The translations under genes were made by a program, and so were the position numbers. From Octopus vulgaris (lineage: Eukaryota), in assembly GCA_951406725.2 (NCBI GenBank), contig OX597820.1, positions 25,668,001 to 25,732,000 on the forward strand: DNA of 64,000 nucleotides, in the 5' to 3' direction. This document shows positions 40,082 to 53,989 of this stretch, piece by piece. How positions within the stretch are numbered: the stretch's first letter is position 1; every line of letters begins with the position of its first letter. Under the pieces are notes generated by a model. It was given only the letters and a program-made list of their open reading frames with translations, did no database searches and was not told the DNA's origin.

Positions 40082-42034
40082 GTAGGTTAATCTCTGAATC
40101 TTTTTTTTTTTTTTTCCATATATAATTTGCTCTTATGATATAGCTGATAGGTCTCTCTTCATAAGCATATGCTTAGTCTCTCACTCCCTTTTTGTTTTTT
40201 TTTCTCTCTCTCTCTCTGCTTTTAGTCTTTCCCTGCATTAGTATACTCTCTGAACTGCACTAGTTATATGAAACCTGCACTGTAGTTAAATTGTTTGCAG
40301 TCATAGATAACACATAGTTTTTTGTTTGTCTACTTCATCTTGAGCACTCAATCATCTTCCTTCTCTTATTTCTGCACTGATGTTTTTATATACACATTTA
40401 AATATCTCTTTTATGTTTGATGTACTTTTTGTCTGCTTGATATTTGTTTTGTCTTTCTTTTCCACTGTCTGCTATTGTTGTTGTCTAGCATTAGATCAGC
40501 ATTGATTGGTCGAAGGTATTCCAGCTGTGATGATTCTAATTTTTTCATATACTTAGGACTGCATTATCCAGGAGTACATTCTTTCAGTTTTAAGATGGCA
40601 TGGTTTGATTCGAGAGAATTTAGCTGCTATTTCTAGTAAATCAAATGACTGCATAGAGGTTCCCTCCTTAATTTAAAAAAATCAGCGTAATTGCATGAGA
40701 GAACTACCGTGATTGAGTGGGTAAGAGTATCAACATATCAGTTTTTGAGTTCCTGTATTATTTTATTTATTTATTTATTTATGCGCCCTTTTCAAGCCTA
40801 GCCAGGCTCATGAGCCCAGTTTCCCGGTTTCTATGGCGTATGTGTTCCCCCCAGCTGGACGGGACGCCAGTCCATCACAGCGTTACTCAAGAAACAGGAA
40901 GAAAGAGTGAGAGAAAGTTGGGGTGAAGGAGTACAACAGGGATCGCCACCACCCCCTGCCGGAGCCTCGGGAAGCTTTAGGTGTTTTCGCTTAATGAACA
41001 CACAAAATACCCGGTCTGGCAATCGAAACCGCGATCCTCCGACCGCGAATCTGCTGCCCTAACCGCTGGGCCATTGCACCTCCTTGTGCCCTTTTAAAGC
41101 CTAGCCAGGCTCATGGGCCCGGTTTCCCAGTTTCTATGGTGTATTCCCCAGCTGGATGGGATGCCAGTCCATTGCAGTGTTACTCATTTTTGCCAGCTGA
41201 GTGGACTGGAGCAACGTGAAATGAAGTGCTTTGCTCAAGAACACAACATATCGCCTGGTCCAGGAATCAAGACCACAGTCTTATGATCATGATGCTGACA
41301 CCCTAACCACTAAGGCACATACCTCCATCCCTGTATTATTGCTGTATGCCAAACCCTAGCTACTCATGGCTTTTAACCTCTCCCACATGGCTGGAAGCCA
41401 AGTACTTAACACAAGAGTTAGATAACAACTGTTATTGGGGGTTTAAACTAATTTGGATTTTGTTGAATAGTTTCGTAGTTAAGAACCTCTGCTTGAATTT
41501 TTCTACCAAAAATGCAATAAACAAAAGTGTACTAAGAACCCTTTGTATCTTTATGTCTAAAAACGCCTTTCAAGATTGCATAATTCATTACTTAAAGCTT
41601 CCATCCGCTGTCAAATCAATATTTGATAATGCTATCAGGCTGCCATCATCATCATCATCATTGTTGTCACTATCAGCAATCACAACAATTGTATGTCTAT
41701 CTTTGTCTTACATGAGTTGTACAAGTTTGCATCCCAGCACCTTCTCTATATTTAAATCTGTAATGCATGTGACATGTCTTGTATGAACTCCTTTGACACA
41801 TGATTGAGTAATTGTCATGTAACCCTAGGGAAGCCCTAATTCAGCTAATCTGTGATCAAAAGCATTCCAGCTGTGACCATCCTTTTTTTTTTTTTCCAAG
41901 TGTGGTAATTGTAATATATTTGGGATTACATTATCCAATGTGTCCTTCCTTTTTTCTTTCTAAGACTAGGAGATTTCTAACTGTTTGAGCATCCATAGAG
42001 AGGCTCTTTCATTAGCTCATATATAGTGGAGTTT

Positions 42035-42265
42035 TCTTATTTCTTTATTGCCCGCAAGGGGCTAAACACAGAGGGGACAAACAAGGACAGACAAAGGGAT
42101 TAAGTCGATTACATCGACTCCAGTGCATAACTGGTACTTAATTTATCGACCCCAAAAGGATGAAAGGCAAGGTCGACCTCGGCAGAATTTGAACTCAGAA
42201 CGTAACAGCAGATGAAATACTGCTAAACATTTCGCCCAGCATGCTAACATTTCTGCCAGCTCGCC
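42035..42265 (-). mobile_element. Second SINE family (Nin/Deu-like central domain)
   Basis: Head GGCGAGCTGGCAGAA and core TTCTGAGTTCAAATTC..CCGAGGTC.AC.TTGCCTTTCATCCTTT..GGGTCGATAAATTAAGTACCAG. Other copies at 5860-6041, 16580-17020, 19745-19930, 25530-25912, 28580-28920, 29620-29810, 38275-38462 and 57925-58122. Confidence 0.75.
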
Positions 42266-43079
42266 AGAGTTTTCTGCTTTTGCACAAGGTATTGGCTCAA
42301 ATTATGACCAACGCCTTACCCTTCAAGTTGTCAGTATTGGCACTAATGTTAGATGAGCTCTACTTATTGATTTAATCTAAAGAATTTGTAGGTTTTTCTT
42401 GTTCTCAAATATTGTATTATGTTTTTATTTATTCAGTTTTCTGATTTTGTGTAGATTTATTTGGAGCGGAGTTTGAGCATAAATACAGCGGTCATCGAGG
42501 GTTAGTACTGGGTTTTATGATTTAGTGTGTGTATGTCTATATATATTTATAAGGTCCAGGCATGGCTGAGTGGTTAAGAAGCTTGCTTTGCAATCATGAG
42601 GTTTATTGTTCAGTCCCACTGTGTAGCACCTTGGGCAAGTGTCTTCCACTATAGCCCTGGGTTAACCAAAGCTTTGTTAGTGAAGTTGGTGGGTAGAAAC
42701 TGTGTGAGTTGGCAACAAGAAGGACATCAAGCTGTAGAGAATCTGGCTCAATAAATTCTGTCCAACCTATGCAAGCATGGAAAAGTGGACATGAAACTGA
42801 TGATGATATATTTGTTTCTGTTTGCTCCCCACTTCCACCACCACTTGGCAGCTGATGTAGGTTTGTTTACACTCTTGTAACTTAACTGTTTGGCAAGAGA
42901 GACTGCTTCAATATGTACGAGATTTAAAAAATAAATACTGGGGATAATTTGTTTGACTAAACTCTTCGAGATGATGCTCCAGCATTGCCACAGTCCAATG
43001 ACTGAAACGAGTAAACTATAAAAGATTTAGATTCTGATAGATGTTCTGAATATATCACAGATTGAAAAATTATGATATA

Positions 43080-43480
43080 GGCGCAGGAGTGGCTGTGTGG
43101 TAAGTAGCTTGCTTACCAACGACATGGTTCTGGGTTCAGTCCCACTGCGTGGCACCTTGGGCAAGTGTATTCTACTATAGCCTCTGGCCGACCAAAGCCT
43201 TGTGAGTGGATTTGGTAGACGGAAACTGAAAGAAGCCCGTCGTATATATGTATGTATATGTCTATGCGTGTGTATATGTTTGTGTGTCTGTGTTTGTCCC
43301 CCCAACATCGCTTGACAACCGATGCTGGTGTGTTTACGTCCCTGTAACTTAGCGGTTCAGCAAAAGAGACCGATAGAATAAGTACTAGGCTTCCAAAGAA
43401 TAAGTCCCGGGGTCGATTTGCTCGACTAAAGGTGGTGCTCCAGCATGGCCGCAGTCAGATGACTGGAACAAGTAAAAGAG
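43080..43480 (+). mobile_element. Full-length tRNA-derived SINE, dominant family of the window
   Basis: Head GGCGCAGGAGTGGCTGTGTGGTAAG...GGTTCAGTCCC (A/B boxes), CORE-like CCTTGGGCAAGTG, internal (TA/TG)n, tail ending GAAACAAGTAAAAGAG. Closely similar copies at 9539-9953, 26355-26737, 52867-53348, 62657-63040 (+) and 32645-32950 (-), plus many partial copies. Confidence 0.85.
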
Positions 43481-43945
43481 TATATAAAAAGCTTTTCCAT
43501 AGGTTTAGGTTAACCAGTTCCTTGTTAGTAAAATTTTGTCACCAAAAACTATCAAGAAGCTTCTGCGTGCATGTGTGTGTGTTTATATAGGTATTCTTGT
43601 ATTTTTTTACTGAAAGATTTAAATATTGACAAGAAAACTAATGAATTAGTGCATTCAAATGACAAGTTGGAAACATGGAAAGAGACTGAAGCTGCTGTTG
43701 AGACATGCACCTAACTAAACTAAACACTGCTTTTCACTAACTTAATCATTCATTAGACAATAACAGTTTTTTTTTTTTGTTTCTTGATCTACAGATCAGT
43801 ACTTCCTGTTCTGTTATGAAATTTAAATTTGTCAGTAGTGTTTTCCAAAAATAAAATTACAATTATCCTCCCTCCTCTCTCTCGTTCTATCTCCCCTCAC
43901 ACATATACACACATACTGATTTAAGTTATCTTTTCTCCTCTCCAG

Positions 43946-43999
43946 GTTGACATGGATGCCCAAGTAACTGCTGGGAGCTCTCCCATGTGGGGAGTCTGA
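43946..43999 (+). CDS. ANAPC15: ANAPC15 terminal coding exon
   Basis: Strong pyrimidine tract ttttctcctctccag| followed by VDMDAQVTAGSSPMWGV*, resembling the human C-terminus VDMEGNEQDQDQWMI. Followed by ~2 kb of SINE-poor sequence with AATAAA at 44501 and 45625 (putative 3' UTR). Confidence 0.8.
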   Translation, partial: VDMDAQVTAGSSPMWGV

Positions 44000-46309
44000 A
44001 AATGTATTTGTGTGGAATGGAATCTCGTTTTTGTTAAAGAATTTTGCAGAAGTCCTGATCACTGGCTTGAAACTACTCCACAAGTATTATGGAAAAATAA
44101 TTTCAATGAATTAAAAATATTTTTAAAGTTCCATTAACCTCTCGGCTCTGAAATCCTGCTCACCGATAATCTAAATAATTTTGGTAAAACAATCATTTCT
44201 CAACAAAAAAGAAGGAAAAAAAACTCAATCCAATTATAAAAATATTTGTTCTAATTTGTCAAATGTACAAGTCTAAATTTTTTGTTTTGATTAATTTTTG
44301 TTCTCTGCTTGATTGTTTTACAAATGTATCAACTGCTTCCCTACACAAAGTTTGTAATGTTAATCTTATCAAGAACAAAACCATTTATTTAATGTACTGA
44401 AAACCTCACAGTAGGATCTCTGCAGGCTTGTTTTATAGGGCCTTCATTTACCTCACCTGGTTGATTCTCTCAGTAAAACTCTCATTTATCCCTGTCTACT
44501 AATAAACATACATTTTTAGACTTCCCTGCAACACTAAGATAAAACAAAACTGGCACAAGACATTTCTTCTTTTATATTTCTGGAAATGCTTGACAAGATA
44601 TTGACTTAGGTTACACAAAATTTGCAAAGTGGGATAAATATTTTATTACACTTAACAGATTTTTTGCGCCTAGTCTTTGTCAACATTGGCTATCATTAGT
44701 GCCCTCAGATTCTTCTATTTCTCAATGGTTTAGTTTGCTTTGTGATGTAGACCAACAGCCCCCATCCTGTTATTTTGAGCCAGGGATCAGTTTCATTCAT
44801 GACAATTTTCCCACAGACCAAGGAATCATGTGCATAAAAATAAAAACACTGTAAAGCACATAATATATAAGCTATTGCTTATGTAATACATATATATTAC
44901 ATATATAATACACATATAATGCAAAAAGCACTCTGCAGACTACGATAGTCATTAAACTATAAATAAAATTAAAAAATTTATTTTTATGGCCCCAGTACTG
45001 GTCTGCAGCTCAGAGTTTGGGAACTCCTGATGTAGACTATTGGGAAATTTCATTGTGGGTGGATGTTTTCACATCCCAAGGGATGTGTCATCTGTATCAC
45101 TTTATCCTTGTAATACCAGAAAGATTCCTCAGTTTGTGTAGGGTTATTTGGAGTAGAGTTTGAGAGTAGATATGGCAGTTGGAACTGGTTAGTGTGGGGG
45201 TCTCTGGGTCATATCTACCATTATGTGTATGATATATACAGATATATACGTATATATATAAATATATATATGCACACATATATAAAATTAATGTTTAATA
45301 TTTCATCAATCTGAACAATATAAGTTCAGACAAAGCTATCTCCAGATCTCCTGAATATATCAACACATTATAAGATTATTATATTCAAATGCTTTTATTC
45401 ACTTTATTCCAGCCAAGCATCTCTTAAAAATGCATTGCTAAATGTCTTTTGGTTTTAATGTGCTTGAATACTATATATAGGTTGTATTGGTGTTGTGAAT
45501 GCTAAAGTATAAGCTTATGTAATGATACTCTTTGCATTCATTGGTATAGATATATATATGTATATAAATTATGTAAATAATAATACTAATAATTAAAAAG
45601 GAATTGTATGAGTTCAAAGCTTACAATAAATGATATTTCGCTTCTTACCAAATATAGAATATTTAAAGCAAACATAGGGGGAATTTTTTTTTATGTCCCT
45701 AGCTTAAGACATTTCATCTTCAAAATTCAACCTTTTCTTTTGTGTATCTTCATATCATTATCTTTTTGCTGTCTTTAAACCAAAGACGGTAAAGATAGAG
45801 AATTAGATTGTTTAAGAGTATAGTCAAACAGTCATTTTTTCTGGTTCAGAGACAAATTCACTTAGAAATACATCATATATATAATTTTCATTATAGAATA
45901 TTTTGAAGGGGGAAGAATGAAGTGGAAGATTATCTTAGAGTCATGGTTCATTTTCTTTCTCTTAATTAAAATCTGTTCATGGGGATGGAAGTTAGATAAT
46001 ACAGATCTCTTATTATAACAGAATATTTTGTATATAAAGAAAGACTCACCTTATATTTTCTTATTTTTCTGTTCTTTTCTTTTTTCTAAATAAAATTTTC
46101 AGAAACATATCTGTTTTGGACATTGTAATTTTTTTATTATTTTTTTTTTTTTTAAATTACTGTATATTTTTTAAATATAGCCACCTATGTATCACCCAAT
46201 GTATACAAGGTGTGTGGGCTAAATTTGACAGTCTGCATAAAAGGAAAACAAAGCACAATATCCTTTCTAAAAATACAAGTATTTTAAAATCAAAAAATAT
46301 CAACTAGAT

Positions 46310-47133
46310 TATGGCTGAGAGAAGGACATGCATAGGCTTGAAAGAAACAAAGCTAGCATGATCCACTGGATGTGTAATGTCAGTGTGCATGCACAACAGA
46401 GTGTAAGTGCCCTAAGAGAAATATTGAACATAAGAAGCATCGGATGTGGTGTGCAGGAGAGACGTTTGCGTTGGTATGGTCATGTACTACGGATGGATGA
46501 GGAGAGATGTATGAAGAAGTGCCACTCCCAAACAGTTGAAGGAATCCAGGGTAGAGGTAGACCCAGGAAGATATGGGATGAGGTGGTCAAGTATGACCTT
46601 CGAACGTTGGGCCTCACAGAGGCAATGAGGAAAGACCGAGACCTCTGGAGTTATGTTGTGACTGTGAAGACCTGACAAATGAAGTGAGTTCATGGCTCGC
46701 AGGACGGCCTGCTGTGCTTACTTTGGATCGTAGGGCAACCTGCTGTGCTTGAGGAGACTTATTGAGTCAAGTACATCAAGTTCAAAATAAAAATCAAATG
46801 GAAATTGCAGTTGTGATACCCGTGCCAGTGACATGTAAAAAGCACCATCGGAATGTGGCCGATGCCAACGCTGCCTTGTCTGGCGCCCATGCTGGTGGCA
46901 CATAAAAAGCAACAACTGATCGTGGCTGTTGCCAGCCTCCTATGGCCCCTGTGCTGGTGGCACGTAAAAAGCACCCACTACACTCACGGAGTGATTGGCA
47001 TTAGGAAGGGCATCCAGCTGTCATAACACTGCCAGATCAGACTGGAGCCTGGTGCAGCCTCCTGGCTTCCCAGACCCCGGTCAAACCGTCCAACCCATAC
47101 TAGCATGGAAAACGGATGTTAAAAGATGATGAT
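46310..47133 (+). mobile_element. RTE-clade LINE 3' end with long 3' UTR
   Basis: ORF 46328-46675 (RRLRWYGHVLRM...GRGRPRKIWDEVV.YDLR.LGL...DRDLW) is a typical RTE C-terminus. The 3' UTR has GGCAC(G)TAAAAAGCAC repeats and a (GAT)n tail; truncated copies lie at ~2040-2280, 2800-3050, 3455-3955, 24860-25220, 37675-37860, 48355-48525 and 59570-59830. Confidence 0.8.
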
Positions 47134-50100
47134 ATCTTAAATATTATTTAAAAAAATTAACAGGTTTAACACAACTGAAAGGAAAATAGGAGAGAAAGTA
47201 TGATGATTCTAGACAAAACCACAAGATATTAAAGTATGATGAGAGGAGCAGATATACAGTTGTGAGAATGTTGTAGGGGAGAGAGTAACAATAGACATTG
47301 TTGAAGAGATAGTGTAAAGGAGAGAAGAAGGGATGAGTGAGAAAGGGAAGGACTGGGTGGTAAGATGATGAGGTAAGTCATGTAGATGAGATCTAGTATT
47401 GTCCCTTATAAAGAGCTGTATTAAAAGATGCCCAAGGTATGGTGTGTGGCTTAGTGGTTAGGGTGTCAGCATCATGATCGTAAGATTGTAGTTTCGATTC
47501 CTGGACCGGGTGACACATTGTGTTCTTGAGCAAAACACTTCATTTCATGCTGCTCCAAAAATGAGTAACGCTGTGATGGACTGGCGTCCCGTCCAACTGG
47601 GAAACACATACACCATGGAAACCAGGCCCAAGAACCTGGCTAGGCTTTAAAAGGGCACATTTATTTTATTTAAGGTATTGTGTAGCAGAACTGAACCTGG
47701 AATCATATGGTTAGGAAGCAAGCATCTTAATGACACAGCCATGCTTGCACCTGTGTGTATGTGACTAATGCTACTTTTGTATGGCTCATCTGAAAGATAT
47801 ATATTATTTTCTTGCAGATAAATATTGATTACACAACCCATTATAGTAATTCGTTCAATACTGTTATATTTTCACTGATGTCAGTGTGCTTTGTTGTTAT
47901 TTAGCCCTAGGTCAGTTCTGACTAAGCTGACCTATGATCTGAGGTATTCCAACTATGACTCAATACAGTGTTCAAGCTTGAACTTCATAGGCTTTGAATT
48001 GAAATTTTAAATCACTCTCTCAGCACACTACGTTTAAGCACATTGAAACAGCAAATGGACTGATTCATTGGTTTTGTAAATGAACCAAACCAATGAAACA
48101 TCTTTAGCTTGACTGCAGTTGATGTTTCAGAATAATTATATAAAAAAAAAATCAAATATACATAATTAGGTCTTTTATGAGACTATCAGCTAATTAGGCT
48201 GGAGCTTATTTTGATTTATATGGTATTTCAGACGTAGACATGGCTGTGTAGTAAGAAGCTTGCTACCCAATCACTTGGTTCCAGGTTCAATCCCACTGCA
48301 TGGCACATTGTGCAAGTGTCTTCTGCTATGAGCTTGGGCCAACTAAAGCTTCGAGAGTCTGGCACGTAAAAAGCACTCAGAGTGGTTGGCGTTAGGAAGG
48401 GCATCCAGCCATAGAAACATTGCCAGATCAGACTGGGCCTGGTGCAGCCTTCTGGCTTCCCAGACCCCAGTTGAACCGTCCAACCCATGCTAGCATGGAA
48501 AGCGGACGCTAAATGATGATGATGATATGTGTCTTGGTGTCTATGTTTGTCCACATTACTGCTTGACAACTGGTGTTGGTGCATTTACATCCCTGTGACT
48601 TAGCAGTTCAGCAAGAAAGACCAATTGAATAAGTACCAGGCTTAACAAAAATAAGTACTGGGGCTGATTCATTTGGCTGCAGTCTAATGACTGAAACAAG
48701 TAAAAGATAAAATATATTAACAACCCAAAGAGTACCATATTCCCTGCCTCCCCTGAACAGAACACCAATCCATTGAGAATGTAGAATGCCCTGATTCCTT
48801 GAATTGGATGTGAGTTCATTGCAAGGTTAACCTCCGTTTGCTGCTAGCTATGATTTTCAGCTGAGTGTACTGGAGCAGTAAGAAGTGTCTTGATCAAGGA
48901 AGCACTATGCCTTTGGAACTAGGAATGGAACTCACAATATTATGACTATGAACCATGCACCACCAAACTAAATAAACTATGAGTTAAATGTTTGTCATCT
49001 GAGGGGGTGCTGAAAAGTTCTTGACACTAAGGGTATTGCGAAAGGTCTGGTTGGAAGCTCAACCTTCCGAGCAGAAAGGCTGAAGGACCACTGCAATAAG
49101 TGTGAATCTGAGAGGGGAATATTTTGAATAAAATCATAATTGACTGATCTTCCTGTATTTTCTTTTACCCAGAGCCTGGAATTTTTCAGCCACTGCTCAT
49201 ACTGTAATTCCGACAGTTGACATTTTCCCCAATGAAGCCAAAGGCAGACATTCCAATTAATTTTATACATTATATTTCTACTATTTATTGTCTAATGACA
49301 AAATTTCAAACAAGTTTGTGGGATAGATCAAATCAAACTCCCATCAAAGGAGAAATTCTAAAAAAGAAATGGGGCTATAGTAGAAGACACTTGCCCAATG
49401 TGCCACACAGTGGGAATGAGCCTGGAACCATGTGGTTGGTAAGTAAGGTACTTACCACACAGCCACTCCTGTGTGTGTGAAAATTAATTCAAGTTAAAGA
49501 CACAAATCAAGATCACAGTTTAATGCACAATTTCCTCTGGCAAATTATCAAAATCATTATAATAGTTATTTGTGAAAGTAATGCTTATATAACTGTAGAA
49601 GTGGAGGAAGGTGGAAGAGTATGATGTATATTAGGAAAGGGCAAATGGGAAAGAAGATGAAGATTGGCAAAGTTAACTACGTCTTCAGTTTAAACAGCTA
49701 AGAATATAAAAGGATGATTGCAGATGAAATATAAAATAGCATAAATTAAGATGAAATAAAATGAAGTGTATGAGAATCTATCTTCATCATTTAATGTCCA
49801 CTTTTCTATGTTGCATGGGTCAGACAGAATTGGTTGAGGCAGATTTTCTATGACTGGATGCATTTATTGTTGCCAAACCTCACCTGTTCCCAATTAAGAT
49901 AATATTTCTTGTGACCAGTCATGGTCACAAGGAAGACTGGAAGCAAACATTGCTGGTCTACAACTATCATGTGATGTCAAGACAAGGGAGCAGCTTGAAA
50001 TGAAGTGTTTTGCTCAAGAATGCAACACACCATCCAGTCTGGGAATCAAATTCACGATCACTAACTACTAGACCATGTGCCTTCACATGTATGTATATAT

Positions 50101-50144
50101 GTATATACATATATATATATATACATATATATACGTATATATAG

Positions 50145-50470
50145 GTGCACTCCATTGGTTGCGATGACGAGGGTCCCAGCTGATATGATCAATGGAACAG
50201 CTTGCTCGTGAAATTAACATGCAAGTGGCTGAGCACTCCACAAACATGTGCACCCTTAATGTAGTTTTCAGGGAGATTCAGCATGACACAGAGTGTGATG
50301 AAGTTGGCCCTTTGAAATACAGGTACTACTCATTTTTGCCAGCTGAGTGGACTGGAACAATGTGAAATAAAGTGTCTTGCTCAAGGACACAACGCGCTGC
50401 CAGGAATCGAACTCATGACCTTACTATCATGAGCCGAATGCCCCTAACCACTAAGCCATACGCCTTCACA
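50145..50470 (-). mobile_element. Third tRNA-derived SINE family
   Basis: Head GTGAAGGCGTATGGCTTAGTGGTTAG...GAGTTCGATTCC. Related heads occur at 1365-1705 (+), 7320-7660 (-), 40780-41330 (-), 47445-47660 (+) and 61946-62245 (+) with different tails. Confidence 0.7.
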
Positions 50471-53089
50471 TATATTATCTGTATTTCAAAGGGCCAACTT
50501 CGTCACACTCTGTGTCATGCTGAATCTCCCTGAAAACTACATTAAGGGTGCACATGTTTGTGGAGTGCTCAGCCACTTGCATGTTAATTTCACGAGCAAG
50601 CTGTTCCGTTGATCGTATCAGCTGGGATCCTCGTTGTCGCAACCGATGGAGTGGTCCTCATACATACATATATAAATATATATATATACAAATACACACA
50701 CACATACATTTATATATATTCACACATACATATATGTAGGTGTGTTTGAGTGAACCAAAGCCTTGTGAGTGGATTTGGTAGATGGAAACTGAAAGAAGCC
50801 CATCATATGTATGTGTGTGTGTGTGTGTCTGTCCCCCAACATCGCCTGACAACCGATGGTGGTGTGTTTATGTCCATGTAACTTTGTGGTTCAGCAAAAG
50901 AGACCAATAGAATAAGTACTAGGCTTACAAAGAATAAGTCCTGGGGTCGATTTGCTTGACCAAAACACAGTGCTCCAGCATGGCTGCAGTCAAATGACTG
51001 AAACAAGTAAATGAGAGATGAAATTATACCCGTAATTAAAATATCAGGATTTGCCATATTGTACTTATTTTGCCTGAGAATTGCATTAAATGAAGACGTC
51101 TTTGGAATACTCAGACATTTGCATGTTAATTTCATTAGCAGAAATTCAGTTGGTTGAAGAACTAAATATTCTTCACTGAGATCAATGGCGACTTCATCCC
51201 AGGATTGTCTTAAGGCATGGCACACTGGGCACTGACCCAGGGGCCTCACACATCTAGAGGCCCTATTCTGATCTATATATTCTGTGGCTTGCTTTCAATA
51301 AATAAATATAATAGAGCCCGGTGCATTGATTTGCCTGGGGGTTACAAAGCTGCTAAAGCAGCCCTGCTTCATCTATTGAAGAATAAGACATTTGCTGACA
51401 ATTAGAGATGTGGTAAATCTAATTTAAAGAACTATAACAAACCAATGTGGTAGCTACATGGCTAAATCTTGAAACCACAAAACACTGTAAAACAAGTACT
51501 TTGTTTTACAAAAAGAGCATTTTGCCCTTCCTGAGTGAAGCACATAAACTAAAACCCTAATCTAATTGAACATAGTCTTGATGTTCTGGCAGACAATAAG
51601 AAATAAAAACCCCTCTGGTTTTACTCTACAATCTTGAAATCTAATTATGTCAACAGTAAGGAAATGAAGGGAATTCATTTATTAGTAGTGTGTCATAAGG
51701 GAATTCAAAGATCTTAGTCTTTATCAACATGAGAAGCTAATAGTAAATAAAACTAGAATAGCTATATGGATTATATGTTGTTGTTTAACCCAGGTCAACC
51801 CAGATCTAGTGGGCATAAAATCAAGACCAGCTTATCTTTTACAGGATATATCAAGTTTCTTCCTTATTCAAGATAGTAAGGTATGATTTAAGGGAGATTT
51901 GGCTTCTATATCTAACAGTTCATGCAACAGTGTAGAGGCTCTCTCAATCACAGTAAAATTTTGGTAAGATGAATAGACTGTCTGGTACTCCACAATTCTC
52001 TCTTCCCACAGCATATAAAATTCACTAAAACATGAGGAGGAGGAGGAGGATGATGATGATGATGATGAGTTATGTTTAAAAAAACAATATATGCAATAAT
52101 TTTATGTATTTTTTTATTCTCAAACAATTAAAAAAAACTTTTTATATGAAATACGCAAGTAAATTTTTATATTTATTTCTTCAATACATCATGAAATAAA
52201 AAAAAAAAGAAGGCTATACCTCGAGCCACTACGCTATGGGTATGATTTTGAGAGGGATCTAACTGCTATCTTTAGCAGGCCTGGTCGAGCGACCACGTAG
52301 AGGCTCGTTCGTGGCTTTCGAAATGCTACAGGTATTATTACATAATGGTGCCACCAAGTTGTCCCAGCAGCGAATTGTTATCATGGCAGTATTGGTGAAG
52401 AGTAGTTAAATGGTGTCAGAGTCAGCTTGCTGCTGAAGAATTTCACATCGCCGTCGCTGTCATCATTACCATCGTTATTGGCATCATCATCTTCAGCAGC
52501 AATTATTCCACCACAAAGTTGGTGTTGTTTAGTCCTATATTAAACCTGATAAAGTATACTCAGAACGAAAGGTTTATCCAGCCGTGACCATCTCGTCTTT
52601 TGTATGTTGTCTGTGTGTATGTGTAAATATAGGACTACATTGATTATCACAATGTTCCTTTTTCTTCAGATAATAGTGGGTAATTTGACTGTTATTTCTA
52701 GTAATTCAATAATTGCGTAGAAATGAAGAATAGCTCTTTGCAGGAGTTTGTACAGTTTTAGAAGAGTATGTGTTCTGTGTGTGTGTGTATTTGATTAGAA
52801 ATATATCAAATTACAATACCATATGAGCTCGTTTTGTTGTTGTTTTTTTACTGCATTATTCATGTAGGCGTAGGAGTGGCTGTGTGGTAAGTAGCTTGCT
52901 TACGAACCACATGGTTCCGGGTTCAGTCCCACTGCGTGGCACCTTGGGTAAGTGTCTTCTACTGTAGCCTCGGGCTGACCAAAGCCTTGTGAGTGGATTT
53001 GGTAGACGGAAACTGAAAGAAGCCCGTCGTATATATGTATATATATATATATATATACTGTCTATATCTCGTTTAGGGAATTATTATTG

Positions 53090-53139
<50 letters not shown>

Positions 53140-53989
53140 GCGCGTTTGTGTGTCTGTATTTGTCCTTCCAACATCGCTTGGCAACCGATGCTGGTGTGTT
53201 TACGTCCCCGTAACTTAGCGGTTCGGCAAAAAAGAGACCGACAAAATAAGTACTAGGCTTACAAAGAATATGTCCTGGGGTCGATTTGATCGACTAAAGG
53301 CGGTGCTCCAGCATGGCCACAGTCACATGACTGAAACAAGTAAAAGAGTATGTATATGTTTATAAACACACATGCATCTATGTGTGCGTTCATTTCCAAA
53401 TGCGCTCCTGGTAAAGATCGTCCTTATAAATTATAGGTTTCATAAACAAGAGAACCTCGTCTGGTCTCACAAGAAAAATCTCAAGAAAAGTTTTAACTTA
53501 TCTGACATAGTTATACCTCAACCAAAAGCCCAATTTCTTCCCCACTACGAACCCCAAAGTGACAATTTTATGTACAAGGCCAGCAATTTTGAGGAGATAC
53601 AATCGAGCCCTGTACTCGTCTGGCGCTTTATATTATCGACTCTGAAAGAATAAAAGTCTGAGTTGACCTCGACGGGATTCGAACTCAGTACGTAAAGAGC
53701 CGGAACAAATAGCACGAGGCACTTTTTCCTCGATGCTCTAACGATTCTGCTAACTTGCCAATATTTACGTGAAGATGTTTACATAACCCTGCACCCTCTC
53801 CACTCGAATTACAATTAGCGAAGGACCGTAAATTAGTAAAAAGGAAGGGAGGGACGTTGGCATTGTTTTTGTCGAATATAATAGAATATAATAGAACAGC
53901 TGGAGTGGAGTGAAACAGGTAAGAGAATGAGTCAAGGCTAAACGTGTAGAACGGAGTTGAATAGAAGACAGATAGCTTATAGGTTAGCA

